A stretch of 63,859 nucleotides of DNA, filler included, from Rhabdomonas costata (taxonomy: Eukaryota): NCBI GenBank assembly GCA_019059605.1. It is 36 parts of 36 records of this genome, joined end to end, with 100 filler letters (N's around TTAATTAATTAA, not from the genome) between each part and the next. Parts side by side here need not be neighbours in the genome. Positions count along the whole stretch, not along the records: positions 49,761 to 51,436 come from JAHMHO010010830.1; positions 51,537 to 53,213 come from JAHMHO010010831.1; positions 53,314 to 54,984 come from JAHMHO010010832.1; positions 55,085 to 56,762 come from JAHMHO010010833.1; positions 56,863 to 58,539 come from JAHMHO010010834.1; positions 58,640 to 60,315 come from JAHMHO010010835.1; positions 60,416 to 62,083 come from JAHMHO010010836.1; 29 more parts are not named here. One strand, given 5' to 3'. Under the pieces are notes generated by a model. That model saw nothing but the letters and a program-made list of their open reading frames with translations, was not told where the DNA came from and searched no databases. Shown here piece by piece: positions 50,015-61,125 of this stretch. The position numbers were made by a program, and so were the translations under genes. Within the stretch, counting starts at the first letter, position 1, and every line of letters begins with the position of its first letter.

Positions 50015-50780
50015 TTATTTTGGCGCATTTTGTTTCCAGATCGCCGATGTTTGCGAATTTCTGTGGTGTATGGGCGCGAGAATTTTCGGCGTCTTCGTTT
50101 GCTCGGGGAATCTTTTTACCCATTCGAGGCTGCTTGCCTATACTGTAATTTTCTCTTTGAGAAATTGGGGAAACGTCAGTATTGGGTGACTGTCACAGCT
50201 GGTGGCGTTGGTATGTGGACCTCGACATTTTCACATAGGATTCGCATAGGTAGTGTAAAAGACTTGGGTGACAGAAAATGATGATGTGGGTGAATGAAAA
50301 GTCCAGGTCGGGGGTCCTTAATGCTTCACACGCTTCCAAGCGTCCTACCGGAATTTGGAATTGGTTTTTTTAGTCAATTTTTTTTCTAGGTCCCAGAGGA
50401 GGAACACATAACCAAACGACTGGAATGTGCGAAAATGTCGGTTCACCCGAAAATGTCAGGCAGTGAGCAGGAAAGGCCGACACAGCAAATGGCCCCGGCT
50501 GATGCTCCCACTCCCAGGGTTTTGTGTTTTCCTGCACTCCTACTGTGCTCTTCCGGCTCCTATATTCAATCCAAATTTTTTCTCTCCACTGTTCTTCGGT
50601 GTTGTGTCGGGAACCTCGGGCATATGTGAAACTCACTAACAGAGAAATTCGATTATGAAAAGTGATGGTGAAAGAACTGAAATAGCAGGTTGCAGGACGA
50701 AAAATGGCCCCTCACTCCAACATTCCCATTCTATCGCCCTCCCCATGAACTTCTCCAGTGCTCCAGAGATCCTTACATTT

Positions 50781-51316
50781 ATGTCATATGTGTCATGCTT
50801 GCTTGTCATGGCACTCCCCTTGCTTCACCATGGAGACGCTCTTTCGGTGCTGGCGCCGCACTTCTTTATTCACGATCTCAATGTAGCGCTGTGCACCATG
50901 GGGGTCTGCACCGCCCTTGAGCTGCAGCACAGCCACCCCACCTGCGCCGACGACGCGTGCTTCGCGCGGACAGGGCAGGACGAGGGGTTGTTTTCGGCGG
51001 TGTGGGAATCGGCGTTGGCACAGGTCTGCACTGCGCACAGCGCGGCCGTGGGTCACCCTGTGAGCTGCCGGGGCTTCGACGTGATCTCCGTAGATACAGT
51101 GCCCGAAGCAGCGGCATCTTGGATGAGGCCAGTGTTGCAGCGTCTGTCAGGAGCGGGGCGCTGGGTAATCAACTATCACCACGAGGCCCATGGCGCGGCG
51201 GCGTTCTACAGCTCCCCGTTTGACTGCGCTTTGGTTTTAGTCCTCGATGGGGTGTCGATTGCGGCGTACAACGCGAGTCGAAGCCATGGCCTCCAGCTGC
51301 TTGCCATTGCCCCTCC
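50781..51316 (+). CDS. NodU/CmcH/TobZ-family carbamoyltransferase, N-terminal (Kae1-like) domain, first exon, with a hydrophobic N-terminal leader
   Basis: HDLNVAL near the N-terminus and YHHEAHGAAAFYSSPFDCALVLVLDG. Probable donor CC|GTACGT at 51317. The start codon is uncertain (the ORF is open from 50655). Confidence 0.8.
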
Positions 51317-51536
51317 GTACGTCACCCCGGTGGAGGTCTGGAGTCACTGCATATTTGGTATAGAGGGCGAGACGAGGGGGCACTCCGTCGGTGTCGGGTC
51401 CATTTTCGATTCACCAGTCAAGGACTAAAACCACAANNNNNNNNNNNNNNNNNNNNNNNNNNNNNNNNNNNNNNNNNNNNTTAATTAATTAANNNNNNNN
51501 NNNNNNNNNNNNNNNNNNNNNNNNNNNNNNNNNNNN

Positions 51537-51596
51537 ACTTGCGGCAGTATTTCACATGGCAGTATTTCACTTGCGGCAGTATTTCACATTTCACAG
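51537..51596 (+). repeat. Short imperfect tandem repeat, GGCAGTATTTCAC x3
   Basis: Three copies visible at the contig start. Confidence 0.85.
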
Positions 51597-52968
51597 GCGC
51601 GTAACAATAGAAAATACCTCTTGTCAGGTGGGTGTAGGAAAATGGCAGCGGGCATCGAGGGAATAAATCAGTCTGCTGAAGACGGTTACAAACGTTCCTT
51701 TGAGTTTTGCGATGTAACTGTCCTTAGCAAATATGACTTTTCTGGCCGGGATGAAAATGGGATGACCGGATTTTTGGCCCGCTAACTTGAAAACGATCAC
51801 ATTAACATAATTGTCAGGTATGACCAAATTAAATCAGGACACATTGCTTGCATTCAGCGTGTCTGGGCTAACCAGCTTGCTATTGGTGGCTTTACTCGGA
51901 AAGTAGAAAGTAGTAGACCGGATGCAGAGGGACAAGCAACCCCACCTCATGGCCTTCAAAATTCTAAACCTGTTGCAGCTGCACAAGGAACAAGTGCCGT
52001 CAACGAAGAAACCGCCCCCAATACCATGTCCCTGGAATGCGTGGGAAAGGCTAAACACCCGCCAAATGGATTCGCAAAACCAAGAACACCACACCCACTG
52101 CAAACCTTTGGTGGCGGCCGTCGCTGCTGAACAGGCACCGGGGGCTTTTGAGGCCGGGCCTGGGAATCTGCAGGCTTGGCAGTGTCAGGCTTTGTGTCTT
52201 TTTTGGCCTTGAGCTCGCGAAGGGCCCAAACCCCCCGCAATACAGACCCCACGGCGGGGTCGGTGGGTGGGGAGTGCGGCGGCCTTGCCTTCACTGGGGC
52301 GGGAGAGGAAAAGGAATGTGGCGGCGGCGGAGGTTCTAATGGCTGAGCCGAGGGGCCTCCAGGAGACAGCGCATGCACACAGGAAGCACACAAAAGAAGA
52401 GAGGAGGGAAGGCAAAATAAAAACACAAAGAAGGGAGAACGATGGGCTGAAGGAGTGAAGTGCAAGGAGGAGAGGTAACCAGGAAAGCCCATAAGCTTCG
52501 ATCCAATTAGACTCCAATGAGACTCCAATGAGACTGGAAAGGGCTATTCTGAACACGAAAATTTTTTTGCACCAAATTCTAAAATAAACCAATGAAAACT
52601 GTGCCACCAGCGGCCGGTTGCCAAACGCGAAGCAAAAACGGTCCAAATACCTGCGGCAAACACACATTAAAGGACATGTTAAGCCAGTTTGAGCACAATC
52701 GTGGTGAGCAGAAGCACCATCCGAACAACTTGCGCTTATGTTGAGCAGTCGGTTTCTGAATCCAGAACACTGCCTTCCACCACCCCTGCAAAAAATTGCC
52801 AACTGGGGCCAACGTAAATACAGCACGGGTGCGAGACGATGGGGTAGAAAAGTAGCTCCGCCGGTGCTCGCGCGCAGAGGGATGCAAATGGCACGAGCAC
52901 CGCAGACTTTTCACACGGAAAGACCTACTCACTCGAAGTACCGAAGGGTGGGGAAGGGAGGGCAGAGC

Positions 52969-53117
52969 TCAGAAGCGCCACTCCACTGGCCCGTCGTCGC
53001 TGTAGTCCACCTTCTGCACCGGGTTGGGAGTGCCGTGGGGAAAGACATTGACGTCGTCCGCAGGGTACTTGTAGGTGTCCCAGCCGCGGTAGCCCGGCCC
53101 ACCCCTGGCGAAGAACT
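52969..53117 (-). CDS. Terminal exon of an unknown protein (FFARGGPGYRGWDTYKYPADDVNVFPHGTPNPVQKVDYSDDGPVEWRF*)
   Basis: CCGCAG acceptor, strongly GC3-biased codons, TGA stop. This frame is absent from the supplied ORF track. Confidence 0.7.
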
Positions 53118-53690
53118 CTGCGGGTCAAGAGGTGATAAGAGGAGAATAAGTGGGGCACCTTTGATGTTGACGGAGTACCATATCTGCGTTTCTTATGAAA
53201 ATATTAAAAAAAANNNNNNNNNNNNNNNNNNNNNNNNNNNNNNNNNNNNNNNNNNNNTTAATTAATTAANNNNNNNNNNNNNNNNNNNNNNNNNNNNNNN
53301 NNNNNNNNNNNNNGTGTTGGTTGAAACAACTATTCACAGAAGCAAATCACGTCCCGAAAAGCTGCTCACGAGGACGCGGCCTCACGTAAATACGTGAGGG
53401 GATGTTATTTCTGTCTTTGTCACTCTACTCTTCTCTTCCCATTTTGTTCCGCTCCTCGGTCTCCTCAGCATTGTTTTCAGGACGTGATTTGCTTCTGTGA
53501 ATAGTTGTTTCAACTTCAATCCTTCCCAAACATGCAACGTTCTTTGTTCCAGACTCTGGACTATGCCCTGCTGTTGCTATTATCTGTTCTCGTTTCCGCG
53601 AAAAAAGAAAATGCTCCCCGACAAGCCATTTACGAGGCGATGGCCTCGTCGGCACAAGGGAAGGCAAAGAAGCATGAAGCAAGAGCGCAC

Positions 53691-53933
53691 CTGAGTGGGC
53701 TCCACCACAAACGGAATGAAAGGCGTCGCCAAGCCTGCAGCGTGACGCTTGACAGCTGCCATGGCAGCCTCAGTTTCGTCCAAGAGAAAGTAGACAAGGT
53801 CTCCGGTGGAACGTTCACGATCAAGTTCTAACTGAGCAAGGTATTTTCCTTGGAAAAAAACCGCAATGTCCTCCGGGGAGCTTCCCAACGGGAGCTGCGC
53901 TCTGGGCACACGAAGGATGGCACGAGCCGCCAT
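53691..53933 (-). CDS. First exon encoding a divergent RRM-like domain
   Basis: QLPLGSSPEDIAVFFQG...RSTGDLVYFLLDETEAAMAAVKRH resembles hnRNP F/H-type quasi-RRMs. ATG lies 8 nt after a polypyrimidine-AACAG site. CAG|GTGCGC donor. Confidence 0.6.
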
Positions 53934-54409
53934 AGGTTGCACTGTTAAGAGAAAAAAGCCTTTTGCCTGGAAACGCTTGAAGAAAGGGAGAAACCGCTTT
54001 CCCAACGCCACAGAAATACAGCAAGGAACTGGTGGTTCCCCGTGAACTGTGCCAGGTTCCTCGTGGCCTCGTGCTTTTTTGTTTTTTGTTTTTGTCACTT
54101 TCGTATCTTCACTAACGTTAACAATGCACACATGTTCCAGAACTTGGTCCACGATGTAGATATAGAGGAGCACGAAACAACGCCACGAAACCCTGGGAGA
54201 ACGGGGGTGTTTCCTTACAAGGAGAGGTGTGACTCTGGCGTCTGCACAATGCCCTTCGTGAGGGAGAAGGCCGGCTTTCGTGTCACTTGTTGTTGCCAGT
54301 CGTTTTTTCGCCCTCATCTCTCTCTATGTTGCAGCACTTTCGTTGAGGGCAGCAGTTGGTTGGCGGGGGGATGTCTTGTGTTTGCCTCCGCCTCACTTTG
54401 GTTTTTCTC

Positions 54410-54920
54410 CTTACGCAGGCCGCAGGCGCTGCAGCAAAGAACATGGTCGTCAAGCGGGTTCGCGGACACTCCGCAGGCCAAGCAAGGGCCTGCGGACACA
54501 GTACACAGCGGAAGGCCTGGTCTCCATTTAAGAATCAGCTGGCACTCCCCTGGGGGAAGAAAGGGGCGACCCTCCTCGAGGTTCGGGAGAAACCTGCGTG
54601 GGGCACGCTGAAGAGGTCCCCCAGACGAACCACCCTGTCCGAAACTTGAGACGACCAAGAACTGAAAAGTGAGGGAGTGAGGGAGTGAGGGACTTCCTCC
54701 ATCCAAGCTTGCTGACTGCTCCACTGTTCGCAGAACGAATTCTTGAGGAGGCGCTGCAACGAGCCGGAAGTCTCCAGGCACGACCGCAGATGACCCGCCA
54801 AAACTAGAGCCAGAGCCAGGCGAGGGAAGTGTGCTACCAAATCCTTGGGGAGAAATGGCAACGAAACGAAAGGCCGCGATCTGACGCGGAAGACGCTGCT
54901 TGCAAGAACGGTGCCCAGGC
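54410..54920 (-). mobile_element. Degenerate non-LTR retrotransposon C-terminal fragment, RLE type (CRE-like), copy 2
   Basis: WSSQQAWMEE...SDRVVRLGDLFSVPHAG, frameshift, then FLPPGECQLILKWRPGLPLCTVSAGPCLACGVSANPLDDHVLCC, the same C-x2-C-x9-H-x3-C knuckle as copy 1. Confidence 0.75.
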
Positions 54921-55496
54921 GGCGAAGGGATGAATTACCACTGGATTTTGAGATCTCAAAATCCAGTGGTAATTCATCCCAACANNNNNNNNNNNNNNNN
55001 NNNNNNNNNNNNNNNNNNNNNNNNNNNNTTAATTAATTAANNNNNNNNNNNNNNNNNNNNNNNNNNNNNNNNNNNNNNNNNNNNGTATTGGGTGTATTTG
55101 GGTGGGGGGTGTGTTAACGGGTCCTTGCACGCATCATAATCTTTCATTATACTACCACCTCGTTTACATTAGCGGTTAGGTGTAAACAATTTACTAATGA
55201 GATATATTTCTTCTATATTGATGATATGATATATATTTCTTCTGCAATGAGAGGTTCGACCGAGCTGGAAGGGCTTGGGGCATTTCATCTTTTTGGTTCC
55301 TTTGAAAGACGCGGCCATGCTTACCCCCCAATCGGTACTTTGGGTACGGGACGACCACCCAGAAATTGGAAAATATGTCCCCAGTGACTTTGCCTGAGAG
55401 TGCAGGCAATCTACCAATGACAAGATACTGCTGTTCACAATTTAAATTAAAGCTCCTTTCCCGTGAGAAGCAAATGCGCCTCTCTCCGTCCCCCAC

Positions 55497-55752
55497 GCAA
55501 TTCCTCGTAGAGCTCCCACATCAGCGCCCAGTCCTGCGTCTGGGCCGCGGCGTACAGCAAAGCTTCCTGGCCAGCCACGGAGAGAGGGCCCAGGCGGGCC
55601 CTCTGCGCCACAATCGCAGCAAAGTCGTTGCGGAGTAGCAGCTGCTCCAGCTCCGGGGGCAAAGCAGAGCTGCTGGAGACCAACCTTCGGGACAACCTCC
55701 AGGCGGAGGTCCCGCACACCTTACCGAGATGACCCACCAAGTGCTTCCACAT
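55497..55752 (-). CDS. First exon of a probable mitochondrion-targeted PPR-like protein
   Basis: Arg/Ser-rich, acid-free N-terminus (MWKHLVGHLGKVCGTSAWRLSRRLVSSSS), then QEALLYAAAQTQDWALMWELYEELR resembling one PPR motif. The 3' boundary is uncertain. Confidence 0.5.
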
Positions 55753-57871
55753 AATTGCAGCTCACGGTAAAAAGAACGAGCGAGCGAGAGAATGAGTGGC
55801 ACTGCGTACCACGTCAAACGCTAGAATCAGCGTTGTCCGGCAATTCGGCAATTGAGAACGACATTCCAACCAGACAGACCGGGCGCAAACTATGAAGGTA
55901 ACAGAGATTGTGGAATCGATGGGATCAAATAGAATCAGGCCGGGTCATTAATTTTTCACGGATGATCCGTTTTCAGTTCTTTACCGAAAAAATCTCCATG
56001 AAACAAGAATTAAAACGTCGGCAAGAAGCCTGGCTGAAATTCTTTTAGGAAGAACGGCTTAAGGTTTTTCCAACGGTTATCGGTTCACGAAAAACAACGG
56101 CGAGGAGGGAGGAGAGGGAGGGGAGTCAAGTTGGCTAGTTGCACCCTCGGCAAAACCTCGACCCTGCAAAGCAAACCATAACAGCTCCACAGGCTTGCAG
56201 GATGTGCTGCAAGGATAAACCAACGGGGCATTAAAAGCATTGGCGCGACCGACATGGGATTCCCGCCTGGCCGCACAGCTCCGAAACTCTAGTTTCTGAG
56301 CTAAACGCGCCCATCCACACCTGTGCACAAGTCTGTGAGAGGGGTGCGGGGTGTGGACAATGGAACCGCAGGATTAAAGGTTCGTATAGACCTTTGTATT
56401 CGAATATGCCACTTGCCATGCAACTTGGATTCCCATGCTATTTCGCTGCAGAGCGTCGTCCCTGGCCTCCTTCCCAACTGGGTGACCATACCACAGCAAG
56501 TCCACCAAAAATACCTTTCAGGTAACAGCGTCACCAAACGCTACACCATATCACCTTATGGCATGCCCTCGAGGACGTTTCTAACAAACCTTTACAAACA
56601 TTAAAAAAAACGTTACACACGTTACGCACGCGGATATCGCGGCTAAGGGGTAGAATTCCGCACCTGATCATATTGCCTTCCTTTCCATTCCAACTTGATT
56701 CATTCGGCGGAAGCCAAACTCAACATCACTAATAAGAATGACAAAACACCGTCAAACAACACNNNNNNNNNNNNNNNNNNNNNNNNNNNNNNNNNNNNNN
56801 NNNNNNTTAATTAATTAANNNNNNNNNNNNNNNNNNNNNNNNNNNNNNNNNNNNNNNNNNNNTGTGGGTGGTATATACACTATGTATGGACACTAGTTCT
56901 CACTGCATTCTTGTCCCCTTGATTGGAGCTTTCTCCACAAGAAGAACACAGTTATAATGCGCTGAGCGGTGTCACCAGAGAAATTCACAAGAAGAAACGC
57001 GAGAGAGATAAGAGGGATCAACAGAACGCGAAAAGAAATAGAACGGTAAACATTGCGAACGAAGAAAGATTGGAGCTTTTGTTCGTAGATTTCGCTGCCG
57101 AGAAGGGCTTTCAGATTGTATATCTGTGCCTCTGTGTGCCTGTGTGTTGTTCAGTTGCGCAGAGATGAGGGCGCCGTGCATTATTGTGGTTCTTACGTCC
57201 TCCATTTGGCCTTTATGTGTTTGGGACCGTGTGATTCCTCAGCACACCCGTTATTCAAAACCTTGCTCAGACACGTTATGATCTGATACGGTTCTGTCCT
57301 GACATGCTAAATACGAGATTACTAGGTGTAAATACCCCAATGCTATACTTCTGCATACAGCGAGGCCACCAAGGCCGAAATAGAAAAAAGGTTGCTAAGC
57401 GATAAAGTCATCATTATCATTGAATAAGCCTTCTGGTCCTGTGGGGATCCCTTGAAACAGGTGTCGTCTTTACATCGCCCGTTTTCCATTACCGGTATCC
57501 CCCAGCCCCGAATCGGGTTCTCAGACGTTGAGCTGCGGGGCGCAGTTCAGCCGACACGATTGCCGGAGCGAGCAGTAGATTTCGTCGCTATAGAAAGCGA
57601 CGCCTGGCAAGGGAGGGGGGGGTCCAGTCAAGTGTGCGGCCTCATCAATGCACAACATCGAAACGTTCAACAACTTCCCCCTTCATATAAGATGACCGAC
57701 TTCCGATGGAGGTGTCTGCTGGCATCTGGCTTTGCCTCTGCTATTTTCTGAGCGCTTTGGGAGGCAAAACCTACCTTTTCTGAGCTTTGGTGGTTTGGTG
57801 ATGACGTTAGTAATGGAAGGAAACGTTTGCAGAGACCCTTTTCTGTGCTGCGTTTTCCCCGTGCTTTGCAG

Positions 57872-58539
57872 TTCGACGCAATGGAGCAGCTCCCCGTGGC
57901 TCTGGGGCAGCTCCGGAAGCTCTACCACACGTCGATGAACATTTTGCTTCTCGGCTCGGCGTTCATCACAGACTGGGAGACCCTGTCTGGGCTGGACGTC
58001 GACGTCCTGGTCACGGGAATGTCCTACAACCCGACCCTGGTCACGGCGCCCCCGCCGCAGTACATCAACGGTTGCTTTGGAGGGGGCTGAACCCAACCCC
58101 TCTCTCGCCAGCCCTAGTTACCCAAAAAACCGTGCTTGCGTGGTGTCAGCCATTTTTTGTAAGTCAAAATGTAAAGAATTTCAAAAAGAGAAAGAAACTT
58201 GTAATAACCGGCTTAGCAGTTTTTGCAAAAGAAAAAGAAAAAGGGCGGTGAAAAATTTAAAAATCATAATAATTAATTAAAAAATCATAAAAAAATGTTG
58301 GTCTCAATTATCTTTGAGCTGTGTATTGCTGTCTAGAAGGATGCAAATGGACCTCTCTTGATACATTTCTCTCGTCAGGCACCGGGGTGGCCATCCGCTC
58401 CAAGCTGCAGGCGTCCCTTTCCTTTGTCGACATTGACTTGGACTTGTGGAGGGCAAAGCAGAGCTTCGTCACCTTCACGGAGATCGACCTCTCCAAGAAT
58501 GTGAACTTCTCCGTCACTCCAATCAACGACCCCACAAAC
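57872..58539 (+). CDS. Degenerate 5'-nucleotidase/metallophosphoesterase-like domain, partial; exons 57872-58070 and 58379-58539
   Basis: DAMEQLPVALGQLRK...MNILLLGSA...LDVDVLVTGMSY...PPQYIN|GTGVAIRSKLQASLSFVDIDLD follows the C-terminal half of the 5'-nucleotidase N-domain. Phase-1 GT-AG intron. Confidence 0.55.
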
Positions 58540-58870
58540 NNNNNNNNNNNNNNNNNNNNNNNNNNNNNNNNNNNNNNNNNNNNTTAATTAATTAANNNNN
58601 NNNNNNNNNNNNNNNNNNNNNNNNNNNNNNNNNNNNNNNGGGGTTTGGTTGATGCCAGCGCCGCAGCGGCGCGGCATCAGCCAAACACCTGGGCGCCCTA
58701 GGAACCCGCTCCCTGGAATTGTGACAGAACCCAGCAGAGGTTAGGGAAAGGCGAATTCTGAAGCTAAGAAGGCATAACCATTGAACGGACGGGCAAATCA
58801 CTGGAAAGGTAAGTATTGCAATAATCGCAAAATGCAAACCCAAATGGTGAGAGGGTCGGGGGTGGGAGCA

Positions 58871-60110
58871 TCAGCGAAAAAAGGGGATGCAGCGGCGAGG
58901 GCTTCGCAAGGGATGCACAAACCCGACTATCGCCACGTGGTCACGGTAGCCGATCACAAAACACAGCAGCGCGAGCTGAGCCAGCATCAGTGCGGACATC
59001 CCCAGCTCTGGAAAAGCAGACGCAGGGGACGCATTTTTTTGTGCCCGATTCTTTTTCACGGGTTTTATGTATAGTATTTTACATTATGTACATTATTTTA
59101 CATTAACCAATAACCGTACCCATACCAAGCGCAAACACCGAAAGAACACTGCATGTACCGAGGGGCACTCGGGTCCCGGTGTCCTCCTTGGGGATGACAT
59201 CGGCGACGTCCACGAAGTCGGTGTACTTCACCCCCTTGGATGCACAGTACACCGTGATCTGGGTGTCTTCGCGGAGGATGTGGTTCACCAGCCACTGAGG
59301 CAGCGGAAAACCACCCCCAAAGAGTGTGAACGTGATAAAGGTGTGCCTTTCGTGGCATGTTTTCAATAATATAACGGAAAGCGCCGCAAAACACCCACAC
59401 ACCCCAAGCGCGAGCGAACCAACGGAAAAAACATATTGTGTCCTTTTTCGCGTCTTTTACCACCTGTGCTTATTATCGTCGCTGTTCCACTGAGAACTCG
59501 AACGCCCTGCCCCCCAACCCCCTTCCAATACAAACACATTCCATCACCAATTTTTGAACTGCACAGCCAGACCTGGACCAGGGCTTGGAGGACAGTCTGC
59601 GGCTCCAGATTGCCTGCTTGGAACTCCTCAAACCACCGCAGCACTTGGTCCGTGAACTGCGCGGTGCAGCGGGACGTGTGAAGACAGCTTGGAGTAGCCC
59701 ACCGTCTGCATCAGCTGAAAGGCGTAGTACAGCCAATGGGGACAGGCATTTCGGCAACATGAGAGCGAACGGGAGCATTCCTCTCGTTGGAAAGGACTCA
59801 TCCAAAGGCGGTGGGCAAGGTTGAACCAAAAACGTTTGAAAGGACGGTTGACATCAATCAAAAGTGGTGGTCAAACTCTATCCCCCACCCCGCTTTCTTT
59901 CTTCTAAATGCTATTCACACTACTTCATGGCGATGGTGGTGGTGGGGTACAATTCACAGACAGAAGCAATGCGCAGACCATTTCTTCGCAGGTGAAGTGG
60001 TCCCCGCAGTACCCCACCAGGTCCTTCAGGATCTTCAGCAGAGTGCTGCGGGGGCACCCCTCCACGATAGCCAGCCGAAGACCCTCTGACATCTCAACCA
60101 GCCGCCGGTG
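58871..60110 (-). CDS. Hemerythrin-domain protein followed by a predicted transmembrane helix, partial; exons 60110-59979, 59714-59573 (1-nt frameshift), 59294-59159, and 59008 to about 58871
   Basis: HRRLVEM...HFTCEEM|LMQTVGYSKLSSHVPLH...QFTDQV...|WLVNHILREDT contains the full H, HxxxE, HxxxH, HxxxxD di-iron ligand set. Then ELGMSALMLAQLALLCFVIGY. Confidence 0.88.
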
Positions 60111-61125
60111 CTGAGAACGCAGTTTGGATACGCATGCACAGGTGTGCGCTTCAATTTCTGAGTGCGCAAATCAAAATACCACTCCGGACAGCCCAGGAGG
60201 TAGCCGGTCGATAGGGAAGCAATTGCCCAATCACTTTTCCACTTTGCGCCTCAAGCCACACACACACAAAGTCCTCGTACTCGTAATTTTCATGAAGGGT
60301 CAGGCCCTTTTCATCNNNNNNNNNNNNNNNNNNNNNNNNNNNNNNNNNNNNNNNNNNNNTTAATTAATTAANNNNNNNNNNNNNNNNNNNNNNNNNNNNN
60401 NNNNNNNNNNNNNNNGGTTGGTGTTGTTATCTCACTTTTACGTGGCGCGGGCAATATTTTTATATAGTACGTTACATCGTAAACTCAGAACAGCCACTTC
60501 CACTTTAGTGAAATAACAACGACGATCCAAAACTCCCTATTTACCTTACGCGGGCTCTTGTGTAGCCCCAGACACGGCACATGTAGCCTATTGAACAACT
60601 TCGCGCCAATGGGACAAATACATGTATAACCAGGTGTCTCTTCAAATAAAAGTTGACAAAAGGGCAGATAACACCACATGACCGTGCAATCGCTAAACGA
60701 AGACGATGGTATGTATAGGGTCTGACGACTCCAGGTTGAAATACGTCACATACGTTCTTCTGAGTTTTGGGGTGTAACTATCCTTGCCATGTTATATGAC
60801 CCGCGCCATGTCAAAAGTGATAAGCGAAAAGACCATAGCTAATGTCGCAAGCACATCGGGAAAACATCTGCATACCCTAGAAATGGTAACCTGGATTTAG
60901 GAGCTTAGCATCAACCTAGCTGACATGGTTTACAGAAGTCGACTCCTTTACGATCCCTAAACCCTGGCAAATCCACATGGTACCACACTTTCCAACTCTC
61001 ACTTTTTAAGGTGGCACGGGCAATGTTAATTTTCGCCATTTCTGTCGAGTGCTTTCTCCTCTCTTTTCCTCACGCTCTTTTTCAAAAGAGCGCAGTGATT
61101 CTTGTTCACTGTTTTTCAATCAACA

